In this document: piece by piece, positions 1 to 12,806 of the stretch
Layout: every line of letters starts with the position of its first letter
Position numbering within the stretch: position 1 is the stretch's first letter
Assembly: GCA_002269645.1 (NCBI GenBank)
Contig: NIVC01000628.1
Coordinates: forward strand, 62,001 to 126,000
Length of the DNA stretch: 64,000 nucleotides
Direction of reading: 5' to 3'
From: Macrostomum lignano
Lineage: Eukaryota
Made by a program: the position numbers and the translations under genes
The notes under the pieces: generated by a model
The model's input: the letters and a program-made list of their open reading frames with translations, nothing else
The model's database searches: none
What the model was told of the DNA's origin: nothing

Positions 1-1332
1 CTTCATTCGGTTTGACGGTTTGACACGACTTATTTTTACCCATTCACGTGTGTCCCTGCTCAGAGCCAGAAGCAATTCCATTTGCCCAATCTGCAATTCA
101 TATTCATAATTTCACATGCCGAAAGTAGAGAACAGAAAATTTTCGGCGTCAGCCGTCATAATAATTAATGCCGCTAGCAGCCGACTGCTTCCGCAGTTGC
201 GCTCTGTTTCAATAAGCATATGCAAGTGTCCGATATACCAAGTGGACAGCCCTGATTCAACAAGCCCGTAATGCCTGCTCTCCAGTCTACCGGTAATTTG
301 GCAGTTGAATAGAGTGACTTTTCCTACTCAACAAAGCTGTATGACTCATATCGTGCCGATATAATTGTTTCTCTGTTGCCAGGCGCAAGTTGAAAGCTCA
401 ATTTGTACAACATAGTCGAGGAAATACAACACGAAGCAAAAAAAGCAGCACAGAGCTGCTAATTTAGCAGAGGAAATCGAGCTTTCTGGAGATATGAGAC
501 TCCATAGAACAGGTGAACTCCACCCCACCTTTGGCTTGGATACCAAAAATCTGCATTTAGCCACGCACGAGTGCCCCTCCGAGCCATAGACATCTCGCAT
601 TTGTTTCGGACGCGCGGGGACCCAATCGGTGGACAATGTCGCCTATATTACAGTCGAGCCGAGGAAACAGCAATCAGACGAATAAAAGCGCGGGGGGGGG
701 CCATTCAGACCAGGAAATATATGGGCGCCTTGTGCAATAAAATGTAATTGGCAAAGTAGCGAATTTCTGGCAAAAGAGCGGAAAGTCGTTTCAAGCAGAG
801 AGATCGAGAGGATGGGTAGAAATACGACCTAATGTGTCTGTCTCCTTTTGCAGCCACGGTAAGAGATGGAATTCCAAGGACCGAGCACAATGGATACTGT
901 CTCCTGCAGCCAGATAGTTAGCCCCCGCTTTAGGCAGCCTCTTGTGACAAGAGACGAAAATTGATATAAGTTGAAAAAAGACAACAGAGGAACTGAAAAA
1001 CACACTGGTGGATGCTCTGCTGTGTCAGCATCAACTGCCGGTAGCGAGCCAACAAGTTTAAACTTCGCCGCCAGAAGGCACGCATCATTTTGCCTCTCCG
1101 CGAGCGGCTGCTCCTAGTGAAGTATTTTTTCTTCAGCGGCTCTTTAAACCTGAAACAATGTAGCGAACTGGTGGCGGGACCGCTCTGATCTCGACGGTTC
1201 TCTGCATTCCCTTTTTTTATATTGGCTGACCGACTTCACGGGTGTTTCACGAGTCGCTCCGAGCGCGCCGGGAGGCCCCGCGCGGCTTATTGCCAATTAT
1301 AACCATCGGGGGCCCCCGCTCTTCCGCACGGG

Positions 1333-1515
1333 CTATGCGTATAAATATACTGTATATATATATAAATAGTCTTTTGAATTTTTACGCTCCAACTTCATGT
1401 TGCTTGTCCCCAAATCGGGTTCATCATCTGCTACTATGCCGGGCCGATGCATTGTGTTGAACCAATAAGGCGCTTCACCAGGCCACGGCAGTCCAAAACC
1501 CATGGGAGCGGAAGC
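1333..1515 (-). CDS. Candidate terminal exon of the zinc-finger/DUF3504-like gene (ASAPMGFGLPWPGEAPYWFNTMH...LYA*)
   Basis: Acceptor CCCCCAG|GCT at 1516/1515 is phase 0, matching the phase-0 donor at 3271. YWFN loosely recalls the WFxN motif that follows LG..SP in DUF3504 proteins. Weak; the true next exon may lie outside the window. Confidence 0.3.
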   Translation of the reverse strand, partial: ASAPMGFGLPWPGEAPYWFNTMHRPGIVADDEPDLGTSNMKLERKNSKDYLYIYTVYLYA

Positions 1516-2867
1516 CTGGGGGACCGCGGGGGGCGCAATAAACCTTCGCTCAGGTGGCTTCAATAAATGCTGCGATTTTTCTCTTTTTTATACAATTTTA
1601 TTATTTCATTTTTTACACTGCACAAAATAAGCGGTCCTTTATACTCCGGAAGAATTGGGAAATGCGACCACATTGCTCCCGGTGTAAATTCTGTCTGGAG
1701 AATCTGTTATCTAAACAAATTGCCCCATGTCCAAGAGAATTAATAGTGTGCTTGCACAGGAAATCCTGACTGGCCCGCTTTCGCCCCAAATTCAGGGCGG
1801 AACCGCCGCTGACCCATTAAAGATTTAAGAGATTTGTTTCCGTAATTACCTGCTGCAACCCCGGCGCAGCTGACAAACAATTTCAGATTGACAAGCTCAG
1901 GTGGCGTGTGAAAATTGCTGTACTTCGCTAAAAGCTCAACCAAGTGATCCGAAAAAGGATGCCGATCAGTGCAAGATCATCTTTTCTTCGGTTCGTTTAA
2001 TCCTTCCCTGTACAGCATGTTGCTTATGAAAATTTTGAATTCGGAATTACACTCCCCCCCGACCTATTTTGATTATTTCATCCTCCATTTTTTTATATTA
2101 TTACAAGCCGCGGCGTCGTTCGCAATAATGATACGAAGTTTGCCGCGATGCGGCTTCAGCCTCTGCCTTACCCCAGCAACCTCCTGATGCCCTCCTGAGC
2201 TTTCTTCTTTCCCCTTTGCTGCTGCGTCTTTCGCAGGTATAAAAGTTTAATAAAACACGGGCGGGGTTGCGGTGTGGATTTTTGGGTCGTTCTCCTTTTC
2301 TTTTTAAATTCGCAACCATCTCTGGCTAGGAGCAGAAAATCGGGAGAAACTGCGAAGCGCGGGACAGTAAATTGGCTTGAGAGGCGGAAGCAGAGATGAC
2401 ACATCGCGAAGGCTTGGGACCAGCCAACTACTTGGGGTTGGCTAGTAGCTTCGAATGCTGGAAGAAAAACTTTTGCTTGTCAAAATCAAGAAGAAACGGA
2501 TATTTCTGCTTCTGAATGTCGCGCGTAGCCGCCCCGCTAATTTAACGATGCGATCTTTCTATCACTAATGCATTTTGCCTGTATACAGTTTGGTCTGTTC
2601 AATGAAAGAATTCAATTTTGATAGAGTTGCTACCAGCCTATCTCAAGAACTACCGGATATTCTGCTCGCTTCATTGACTAAGTACTGGAACAGCTGTTTT
2701 CGATTCCATCCTTGAGTTGCCAGCTATTTTTTAAATCATTTTTAAACAGCATTGTAACTGTAAGATTGCGGGTATCGGCGCGTCACACTTTCCATCTTTC
2801 TTTCATCATCTGCCGAAAATTACTTGATTAATCATTTAATGTTACATTTGCTGCCATTTTACAGCCA

Positions 2868-3214
2868 CATATTCCGCTGTGGTACATCTTCCGCCATGCT
2901 ACATCTTCCGCTGTGTTACATCTTCCGCCATGCTACATCTTCCGCTGTGCTACATCTTCCGCCATGCTACATCTTCCGCTGTGCTACATCTTCCGCTGTG
3001 GTACATCTTCCGCTGTGCTACATCTTCCGCTGTGGTACATCTTCCGCTGTGTTACATCTTCCGCTGTGTTACATCTTCCGCTGTGTTACATCTTCCGCTG
3101 TGCTACATCTTCTGCTGTGTTACATCTTCCGCTGTGCTACATCTTCCGCTGTATTACATCTTCCGCTGTGCTACATCTTCCGCTGTGGTACATCTTCCAC
3201 CATGCTACATCTTC
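2868..3214. repeat. 17-bp minisatellite (CATCTTCCGCTGTG[C/T/G]TA)n, about 20 copies, intronic
   Basis: Tandem units read directly; starts about 56 bp past the minus-strand donor at 3270. Confidence 0.95.
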
Positions 3215-3270
3215 CTATTATCAGCCCCAATCTCATCAAAGAAGCAATTAAACCCCATTCGGACTCTCAC

Positions 3271-3453
3271 CTGCGGACTGTCTGTACCGAGCAGGCCAGA
3301 ATTGAATAGATGCGCCGCGTGTTCAACCGACAAGCTCTTTGGCACCGCCGTTGTCCTGGAGATCGCCCGCAACTCCTGCAGCCTGGCATTCATGGCGGTC
3401 CTCGTGCCAACGAATGCGGCGTCACGCAGAACCGAGCCGTTGTAGTTGTAGGT
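3271..3453 (-). CDS. Zinc-finger/DUF3504-like gene, coding exon 4 (TYNYNGSVLRDAAFVGTRTAMNARLQELR...LFNSGLLGTDSPQ)
   Basis: Acceptor CCTCACCGCGCAG|ACC and donor CAG|GTGAGA, 183 bp, phase 0/0. Continues the KIAA1958/ZMYM-type pattern (RHLR..Y..S...D..F......L..K..EL.....G......S....LLG..SP). Confidence 0.85.
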
Positions 3454-3747
3454 CTGCGCGGTGAGGATGGGGATGGGGAGTGACTGTCGGTCCTTCAAAT
3501 CGTCTGCACGAATGAGGACACTAGAACAGAGCAAGGTGCGCAATGCAAGGTGTAGTCGGTGAGCTAGCACCTCCTCCCTGTACACTTTAAGCTAAGATCG
3601 AGCCTCACAAAAGCGATAAGCTCTGCGAGGCCATCCTGAGAATTCTCAACTTTTGTTTCTCGTCTTTACTTCTTTGCAAAATAAATGGCAACTTCTCTGT
3701 AAATTTGCCATTCATGATCTAATAATGACTGTCAGAAAATCTGACGC

Positions 3748-5320
3748 AGGCACTGAGACAGGCACTGAGACAGGCACTGAGACAGGCACTGAGACAGTCA
3801 CTGAGACAGTCACTGAGACAGGCACTGAGACAGGCACTGAGACAGGCACTGAGACAGGCACTGAGACAGGCACTGAGACAGGCACTGAGACAGGCACTGA
3901 GACAGTCACTGAGACAGTCACTGAGACAGGCACTGTGACAGGCACTGAGACAGTCACTGAGACAGGCACTGAGACAGTCACTGAGACAGGCATTGTGACA
4001 GGCACTGAGACAGGCACTGAGACAGGCACTGAGACAGGCACTGAGACAGTCACTGAGACAGTCACTGAGACAGGGCACTAAGACAGGCACTGAAACAGTC
4101 ACTGAGACAGGCACTGAGACAGGCACTGAGACAGGCACTGAGACAGGCACTGAGACAGGCACTGAGACAGGCACTGAGACAGGCACTGAGACAGGCACTG
4201 AGACAGGCACTGAGACAGGCACTGAGACAGGCACTGAGACAGGCACTGAGACAGGCACTGAGACAGGCACTGAGACAGGCACTGAGACAGGCACTGAGAC
4301 AGGCACTGAGACAGGCACTGAGACAGGCACTGAGACAGGCACTGTGACAGGCACTGTGACAGGCACTGAGACAGGCACTGAGACAGGCACTGAGACAGTC
4401 ACTGAGACAGGCACTGAGACAGTCACTGAGACAGGCACTGAGACAGTCACTGAGACAGTCACTGAGACAGGCACTGAGACAGGCACTGAGACAGGCACTG
4501 TGACAGGCACTGAGACAGGCACTGAGACAGGCACTGAGACAGTCACTGAGACAGTCACTGAGACAGGCACTGAGACAGTCACTGAGACAGGCACTGAGAC
4601 AGGCACTGAGACAGGCACTGAGACAGGCACTGAGACAGGCACTGAGACAGGCACTGAGACAGGCACTGAGACAGGCACTGAGACAGTCACTGAGACAGGC
4701 ACTGAGACAGGCACTGAGACAGGCACTGAGACAGGCACTGAGACAGGCACTGAGACAGGCACTGAGACAGGCACTGAGACAGGCACTGAGACAGGCACTG
4801 AGACAGGCACTGAGACAGGCACTGAGACAGGCACTGAGACAGGCACTGTGACAGGCACTGAGACAGGCACTGAGACAGGCACTGAGACAGGCACTGAGAC
4901 AGGCACTGAGACAGGCACTGAGACAGGCACTGAGACAGGCACTGAGACAGGCACTGAGACAGGCACTGAGACAGGCACTGTGACAGGCACTGAGACAGGC
5001 ACTGAGACAGGCACTGAGACAGTCACTGAGACAGTCACTGAGACAGGCACTGAGACAGTCACTGAGACAGTCACTGAGACAGGCACTGAGACAGGCACTG
5101 AGACAGGCACTGAGACAGGCACTGAGACAGGCACTGAGACAGGCACTGAGACAGGCACTGAGACAGGCACTGAGACAGGCACTGAGACAGTCACTGAGAC
5201 AGGCACTGTGACAGGCACTGAGACAGGCACTGAGACAGGCACTGAGACAGGCACTGAGACAGGCACTGAGACAGGCACTGAGACAGGCACTGAGACAGTC
5301 ACTGAGACAGGCACTGAGAC
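3748..5320. repeat. 12-bp minisatellite (G[G/T]CACTGAGACA)n, about 130 copies, intronic
   Basis: Tandem units read directly; lies in the intron 3454-6689 of the minus-strand gene; produces spurious TETG/VSVP ORFs. Confidence 0.97.
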
Positions 5321-6548
5321 CATACGGTTCGAAAAGACCGGGGTCTTTGCGTCACGACCCAGAAAAATCCCTCCAATCCAACAGCAGAACCGCTATGCAT
5401 GCCTTTTTCCCCAACGCCCATTTAGTTTGCATTAATCCATCTGAAACTCGCGACAGGGAGTTTTCCTCCAAGCCTAGATATCTGTTCTCTTATTCCTGTG
5501 CTGGCCAAATATTGAAGCAGCGATATGAGAGGCTTGAAGGTGAGTAGGAGGGCGGGGAGGTCTCTAGGCCCGCGGCTTATCACAGAAATCTCAAACATGA
5601 ACTTGCCAGCTACGTAATCTGCCAGTTGCTGCTGCATCCGCAGCCCAGCATCCACGCGCGCGCGCGCCATAATTTAATTAGCTGCGCCCCTCAAGAGCGG
5701 CCGGAGCCCCCCTTTTTTCTGCGCTGCCTTACATGATATGAAAATATCAATGAAATATTGACTTTGCCACCAAGGTTTGGACCAATAGTGCCTGATGAAG
5801 CCGAACTATTGCATGTATTGCGGTTGCTTTCAGCTGCGCTAAGTGTAAAACCTTGTCATGATGTTTGGATGCAGAATAACTGGGAATTTGGTGTTTTAAA
5901 TGCCAACCTGCTGAGTTTACTGGGATACTTGCTAGAAATTGGTTGTTACTAAGATGATGGTTGAGCAATGTGCTCAGCAGACGGACGGGCTGCTCAGCTG
6001 AAGTATTTTCCTAGAAAGCATCAAAACAGCGGCCAGTGAATGCGATTCCGCCTGCTCAAAACCACAGCACATGAAGGCATCGCTTATGAAAGGAAATCGA
6101 TTGGATAAAATTCGATTCGAACTGATGGCCGGAGTAGGGAAATAATTGTGCGAAGGGTCGATGGGGATTAGGGACAGATGCCCGTTGGATCGACGCGCCG
6201 CTGTTAGAACAATCCCTCTTGAGACCCGGCAGTGCCGGCCGTCTGCAATCTGTCTTGGGAATTTCTACTCAGAAGCAATTATTGCAAACTACTGAAAATT
6301 TGCTGCAGAAGAAATAATTAACAAAATGAGTTCAGACTGGGAGGGATTAACGGAGGGTTGCTCTCGGGTATTGGTAAATCTGACGATAAGCTTTGCTAGG
6401 CCGCTTGCCCAGTTCTCTAAATTGAGCCGGCTGAGCTGCGAGTCGCCACCGAGACCCATGCTGTCATTTCTCCAACACAGTTTCTTGTCAGTGACACCTT
6501 CTTTGCGAAACCTTTGCTAGGCCTGTTCTAGTAAGGAATGTGCTCGGG

Positions 6549-6673
6549 CAGACAGGCACTGAGACAGGCACTGAGACAGGCACTGAGACAGTCACTGAGA
6601 CAGTCACTGAGACAGGCACTGTGACAGTCACTGGAACAGGCACTGAGACAGTCACAAAGACAGGCACTGAGAC
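6549..6673. repeat. Short second block of the same 12-bp minisatellite, about 10 copies
   Basis: GGCACTGAGACA units start about 16 bp after the donor at 6689. Confidence 0.92.
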
Positions 6674-6689
6674 GCCACAGCAGACTCAC

Positions 6690-7123
6690 TCTGAGATGCC
6701 GCTCCAGCGAGTGGATGAAGGCCTTGAGGCTCTCGGGCTCATACTCTTGGCCGTCCTTCTTCCTGGCCTGACTGACGAACTCCCGCAGGTGCTCGTCCAG
6801 CTCATCGGGCGGAATGCTCTGAACATCGCGCTGGTCGCCGCGCACCTGCTGAATAAAGCGGCAGATGACCTTCATATCCGACTTGGTCTTTCGCATCGTG
6901 TTGTGCACCCCGACGACTCCGGCGGCGCCGATGCCTCCCCCGCCCGGGCTGTTGTTGTTGGCGGCGTCGGCTGCGGCGGCAGCGGCTGCGGCGGCGGCGG
7001 TGACGGCAGCGGATGAAGAAGTCGACGAAGATGAAGAATTGTTGCTGACAGGGTTCAGCGGCTGGCCGTCCCGGAGCTGCTGAGGCCGAGCTCGGGGGCT
7101 GTGAGACGACTTGGCGACGCCTC
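6690..7123 (-). CDS. Zinc-finger/DUF3504-like gene, coding exon 3 (Ser/Ala linker then NTMRKTKSDMKVICRFIQQVRGDQRDVQSIPPDELDEHLREFVSQARKKDGQEYEPESLKAFIHSLERHLR)
   Basis: Acceptor CTTCAACAACAG|GA (phase 1), donor AGA|GTGAGT (phase 0), 434 bp open. IPPxELDxxLxxF...RKKDGxEYEPxSL is the recalled hallmark of KIAA1958/QRICH1/ZMYM Crypton-derived domains. Confidence 0.9.
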
Positions 7124-7766
7124 CTGTTGTTGAAGCAATGAGTGATTTGAGATTAGGATGAAAGTGGCAGAGTCCAACCCGAACTCTAACACTGGTTTCA
7201 GTATATGGATTCAGGCCATCTTCAGGCTGTCCTGGATGCTGACAGCGGGGCTATGGGAGCGGCTTGGGCGCAAACAAGTCGGGAGCAACTGGGTCCCGCT
7301 TATTCTCACTTAATCGCAATCGAACTTTTTTCAACTGACAAAAATAACAAAAAACACAAGCGATTTTAAGCTAGCGAGGCTCCATAAAGCTGAAAGGAAG
7401 CGACTCGGAAGTCCGTGATGCAGCTGATAGACAGTCGATGCAAATGACAAAGGGAAAAAGCTGACACAACAATATTTCGGCCTGAGCAGACAGCCGGGCA
7501 CCAGCAGTTTCCCCATTCAACTCAGTCAGAGGGATTTTCTACTTTTTCGGGAAAGTCATCAGCTTCATCAGGTTTCCCAGATTTTTTAGAAACTAATCAA
7601 CACTACCTGGAAGCCAGGGGGTGCTTGAGCTGCTGCGAATTGGTTGATAGGACAACTGCAAGGTGCGGATCGGAGACTGAGCCCTCCCGCTATGATATAA
7701 AACCCTAGGGTAGAAAAAGCCGAGCAGAGCAGCCGGAAATTCCCCGGAAATTCCCCGCAGGCTCAC

Positions 7767-8562
7767 CGAGCAGCGGAGCAGCCGGCGGAGCGGCGCCACC
7801 CGCTGACGCGTCTCCGCCAAGTCCGGACTCGGAGCCCGCCGGGCTGTCCACCGCCTGTGGCTCCAGCGGCGGTGGCGGCAGCGGCGGCGGTGGCGGGACT
7901 GGCAGCTGCGGCTGAGGCGGCAGTGACGGGAGCGAGGCCGGTTTTCTACCTTCCGCAGCGGCCGCGGCGGCGGCAACCGCGGAGGGCCCGAAGCCGTGCG
8001 CGGCGGTCATGTGGGCCTCCAGCTGGCGCAGGCTGCGGGCTGGCGAGCCGCAGATCAGGCACTGGAAGTCAGGCAGGACGCCGCCTCCTCCGCTGGCTGC
8101 CGCGGCGGCCGCCGCCGCTGCCATCAAGCCGAAATGCGGCGGCGGCGGCGGAGGAGGCGGCGGCGGAGGCGGCGGTGGTGGCGGCCCGAGCGGTGGCGGG
8201 TGCGCATGCTGGGGGAACCCGGACGCGCCGCCCGATGTGACGGCGGCAGCGGCGGCAGCAGCGGCAGCGGCGGCAGCAGCAGCGGAGACTGGGACGGGGC
8301 GGCTCAAGCCAGCGGCTGCGGCGGCCATGTGCGACATCGGAAAGTGCAGGACCTGGATGTGGGTGCTGAGGTCCTCGGAGCACTGGCACAGCGCCTTGCA
8401 CAGGGGGCAGGCGATCCCGCGCAGCTCCTGACAGGCGTTGGCGGCCTTCTGGTGCTGCAGCAGCTGCTGGTGCCACGCCTTGTCCAGCTGGGTCCCGTTC
8501 GCCAGGCCCGGCCGCCCGGTGAACTTGCGCACCGTGTCGCAGCACTCGATGATGTTGGCGTG
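7767..8562 (-). CDS. Zinc-finger/DUF3504-like gene, coding exon 2 (two C2H2 fingers, poly-Ala/Pro/Gly linkers)
   Basis: Acceptor TTCATTCCAG|CAC (phase 0), donor CTCG|GTGAGC (phase 1), 796 bp. Fingers CPLCKALCQCSEDLSTHIQVLH and CLICGSPARSLRQLEAHMTAAH. Confidence 0.9.
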
Positions 8563-9934
8563 CTGGAATGAACAAATTTTCAAAGTGGCCCTGAGCACCA
8601 TCTGAAACTCAAGACCATCCTCCTCTTCTTTCTCAACGATATCGCATTCTGTCTGAGAGCTGTTCTCAGTGGCTGTCTGAGTGTTGAATGACAGCAACTG
8701 GTCTGAGCCCGATATTAGTTATCTCTCCGACTTTTTTCTCACCCAGAGCAGTCGTTTCCTATCGCATCAAAAAAGCAAGACAAGGTAAATCAAGCGGCTG
8801 TGTGTTTTTTTTCAGTCAGTGGCAAGAACAAAAGAGGGATCAAAGAGGGACTCTGGTCCCCTTTGAGTCGGGCATTTGATACTTTGAGTTGCCATCTCTT
8901 CCATTTGGTTTTTGTCGATTATTCAATTGAGCAACCTGAGCTGATGAAGGAACTCCCCCTTCCACCAAATTGGAGATTTGAGGATAAATTAACAAAAACA
9001 ATTTCGGGCTGGGGTGGAGGGTCAAGTTCTGTTTTGAGTTTGCGGATCAATGGAACAGGCCGTGAAATCTCGGGAGCTCTGAAGCTGCAGCAATATCGCC
9101 CCAATTATTTGATAGAGAAATCAACCGCTAGGAAGCGGAATGCGAAAAGCTGCTTGCTCCCCAGCCTCTTCCCCATCGGTTCAGTTTTTGTTGCTTCAAA
9201 TTTTTGATGCAGACCCCCCTCCCCTCTATCTCCGCTTCCCGGTCGCGTTTAATTGGGAGAAGAAGCTGGAGGAGCCTTATTAGAGCCTCATCAAGACACA
9301 GGAGAGGGTTGGAAGCAACGAGACGAGACTTGGGCAGTTTAGTGAGGAACTGAGCCCGATCCGGGGGGAAACAATGCATTGTACGGCCCAGCTTTGCGAG
9401 AACAAAAACTGAAGGAACTTGGGGGGCTCACAGCTCAAGAATGAGAAAAGGAAGGAGACAACTTCCTTGCAAGCCCCATCACCCCAGCTTCCTTGGTCGC
9501 GGGGGGTGGTGGGAATAATACGGAGATGAGAGTTTGTAGGGGATCACGCGATGTAGAACAGACAGAGAGTCCCGGGGCAGATATGGCTTTTCAGTTCTCA
9601 AGCCCGCTGTTGTCAATCAGTCTCACACAGGGCAGTGGGGAAGCCGCCGCATCCAACAAATAATTTGCAAAGCATCTGTGGTAGTAGAAAGATGGCGACC
9701 CGAAATTCTTCTAACTAATGGCCGCCACACCTTTTATAGCACCGGCTGCTCCTCGGCATCAGTGCTAATGGCCCCCCGTATTCACCTGCTCATTTATTCA
9801 CCCACCATCTATGCTCAGATTATTGTAGTGACGGCCCGAATTCGCTGGAGAATAATTTTGATGCGATCTCACATTGAAGGGCTAGTCAATTCACTGTAGG
9901 CTCTATAGGCTGTGAGGTCTATCGGCTTTAGAGT

Positions 9935-10226
9935 CTAAAGGCTCTGACGGTCACTGAAGGTCTACTTGGAGCTCTAAAGGCTCTGACGGTCACTGAAGGT
10001 CTACTTGGAGCTCTAAAGGCTCTGACGGTCACTGAAGGTCTACTTGGAGCTCTAAAGGCTCTGACAGTCACTGAAGGTCTACTTGGAGCTCTAAAGGCTC
10101 TGACGGTCACTGAAGGTCTACTTGGAGCTCCAAAGGCTCTGACGGTCACTGAAGGTCTACTTGGAGCTCTAAAGGCTCTGACGGTCACTGAAGGTCTACT
10201 TGGAGCTCCAAAGGCTCTAACGGTCA
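9935..10226. repeat. 39-bp minisatellite (AAGGCTCTGACGGTCACTGAAGGTCTACTTGGAGCTCTA)n, about 7.5 copies, intronic
   Basis: Tandem units; begins about 36 bp after the donor at 10262. Confidence 0.95.
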
Positions 10227-10262
10227 TTGAGAAGGTTTTGGTCCCTTCCACGTGGCACTCAC

Positions 10263-10474
10263 CTTGACTTTCCTATGGTAGATCTCACGATGGTCCTCCA
10301 TGATCTCCCGGCTGGTGCTGATAGCCTGGCAGACGCTGCAAACGTACGTGAAGTACTTTGGCGGCTCATCCCGCAGGCTGCACGGAAAATGAGTCTCGAA
10401 CTTGTGCAGGTTCAGCGTGGTGTAGGCGCATTCCGGACAGCGGACGAAGTGCACCCAGGGCTGCGACTGTGGCT

Positions 10475-10514
<40 letters not shown>

Positions 10515-10565
10515 TTGTTGGGGCGACGACGGCGGCGGCTGCTGAGCCTGCGGCTGCTGCTCCAT
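10263..10565 (-). CDS. Zinc-finger/DUF3504-like gene, first coding exon (MEQQPQ...poly-Q, CPECAYTTLNLHKFETHF, CSVCQAISTSREIMEDHREIYHRKVK)
   Basis: ATG in ACAACGATGG context at 10565; donor AAG|GTGAGT phase 0 matches exon 2. A candidate acceptor TTTCAG| at 10755 suggests 10566-10755 is spliced 5' UTR. One atypical and one canonical C2H2-type finger. Confidence 0.82.
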
Positions 10566-12774
10566 CGTTGTTGCTAAGCTTGAGTAGGCGGGAATTGGCA
10601 GGAGCAGGCCGAGAGGTGCTGCGCCGAACTGCAGTGGGAAGTTTGCTGCTGCTGCTGCTGCTCCCGGAGTCGCTTGTAACTGTAGCTGATCCACTCTGCA
10701 GCTCTTGGCCTTGCTCTGCCGGTCGAGTCGGTGGCGCTGGCGCTGGCGGAGTTATCTGAAACGGTTCAAGTGCAGACGCGCTGCAGCAGCCTTGAGCCCG
10801 TCACTGGGGGGGGGGGGGCAGAGGCGGTAGTGAAGGGGACGCGGAGAGTGAAGGAGGCTCTGGGGGAGCAATAACAGAGTCGTGCATTATTCAAATTATC
10901 GGATCGGGTCCGGCGCGCACCGCAACCCCCGGGCGGCTGATGGTTACAAAACAGTCCCCACCAGTTCCTTCTTCCTTCGCCTCACACCTGGCCCATCATC
11001 ATAAAGAAAAGGGAGGCTGAACAGTAAGAACAGTAGGAGCCTTGAACAGGACCGCGAGGCGTGTTGGCTCAGCAAAGTTTTCCTAGCATTAATTCTATAT
11101 CGCGGCGCTGGACTTAGAGAGGGATGGGGAAATAACTCCCGCCTGGAGTGGGCATTGATTTTTCAAGACTCCGCTTTTGACACCTCTGCTGCAACAGACC
11201 CCTGTGCTTGCCGACTTCTCCTAGAGGCCGCACCGCCGCTCAGGTCAATACAGGCAGGCTGCTGGTTACGCAATCAAACAATTGAGCAGCCGGGAGCTTG
11301 CAAAACAATGCGCAAGTTTTTCTCTGCTTCCTGCTGAATGCAAAGTTTCCTTTTTTAAACAGCAGACAAGCTTTTTTTCCGTGTGAGATATGCTCCTTCT
11401 AGGAGGAAGCCAGGAAACCCAGCTGGTCCTGCAGAGACCCAACTAACTACACCCAATTTATTCTCCCAGCGCCTATTCCATTTTCACGGGTAATTCAAAA
11501 TTCATGGACAAATGAATTGGTGGCTCTGCTGTCTCCCCACCTCTCTTCTCTCCTCTGCAGTCTTGTTCAAGTTTTTCCATGCCTTGGCCTCTCCTTTCAT
11601 TATCGTTAAGGATTTTGCGGCTCTGATACGAGAGACTGCTGGGGGCTTGAGAACAGAGGAAGCTGCGGACAAAACACCCCGCTGCTATCCCTCCTCCCGA
11701 CCCCACAGCCCGGCTCAGGCTGGCTCCGCCTTGAAATTCTTTTATTCTATTCTCGGGGCTCTTCCTAAGTCGCTTCCTCCTTCTCTGTGGTGTCTTTGTA
11801 TTCATGTGTGGGTGTGCAGTCCCTCCGCCACCATTCAGGCCGGAGTTGAATGCTGCTGCTGCTGCTGCTGCTGCTGCTATGATGATGTCGATGTTAAAGT
11901 AAGTTGCTTGCCAATGAGGAGTGTAAAAAACTGACTTTAAAACCAATTTCTTTCTTTCCGCCTCTTTCTGGGGCTCCTAGCATTGCTGGGCGGCCCGCTC
12001 CGCTCCTTTCCCCTCCCCACACACCGGGGTCTCCTTGACGCGGGTCTCCTGCGGAAGCGGGGGTCTCACTACTCACCACTCACTCACTCACCGCAGGAGA
12101 GGGCCCAGAGGCAGCGCAGACAACAGACTGGGCCATGCAGAAAATGGCATAAAAAATTAACTAATAATTTTCTATCAATTCACCAACCATCGGGCCAACC
12201 CCAATTACAAATTTTGCTCAGCGCAAAAGCAGAAAATGCCTTCTATAGTTTACTCTCTTTTTTCACCTCAATACAATTCAAGCTTTTTCAGGCGCTGCGC
12301 TGCACAAGGCATGTCTTGACAAAGCCACTGACAGAACGTGATACACAATAAGCGCAGCCCCACGCAGTGACGCCGATTACACTCTGTCGGAGTTGTTGAG
12401 ATGCTCCACTGTGGTTGGGGGCGAATGCTATCAGGAATACAACCCGGATAAATGTTCGTACCCCCCCCCCCAGTAACCATCTGTTTTATCAAGTGGATCG
12501 ATTCTGTTAGTCAAGTTGACGCAAAAGTTGTGGCCAACCCTTAATGGATTGGTTTGACAGTCCTCTTGCGAAAGTTATCTTCTGTGCCCGGCTTTTATCT
12601 TTCAGTGACAAAATTGACTCTTTGCCTCCCAAGCAGATTGAAGCTTGCAGACGTGAATAATATTTTCATATCTGTCTGGCTAAAGCAAGCAATGCGCTTC
12701 TTCCCATTATATTTTGGGCAGCGAATCGCTACCGCAAATTCCTCCTCCGAAGAAGGGATCAGCCCGCAATCGCT

Positions 12775-12806
<32 letters not shown>

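Noticed and set aside
3653-5435. Long TETG/VSVP ORFs resembling mucin or surface proteins
   Set aside because: Pure 12-bp repeat inside an intron of an opposite-strand gene, with a frame-breaking extra G near 4074 and no signal peptide.
11473-11946. Minus-strand ORF with poly-Ala and Gly runs
   Set aside because: No domain and no phase-compatible splice link; more likely UTR or intron of the zinc-finger gene.
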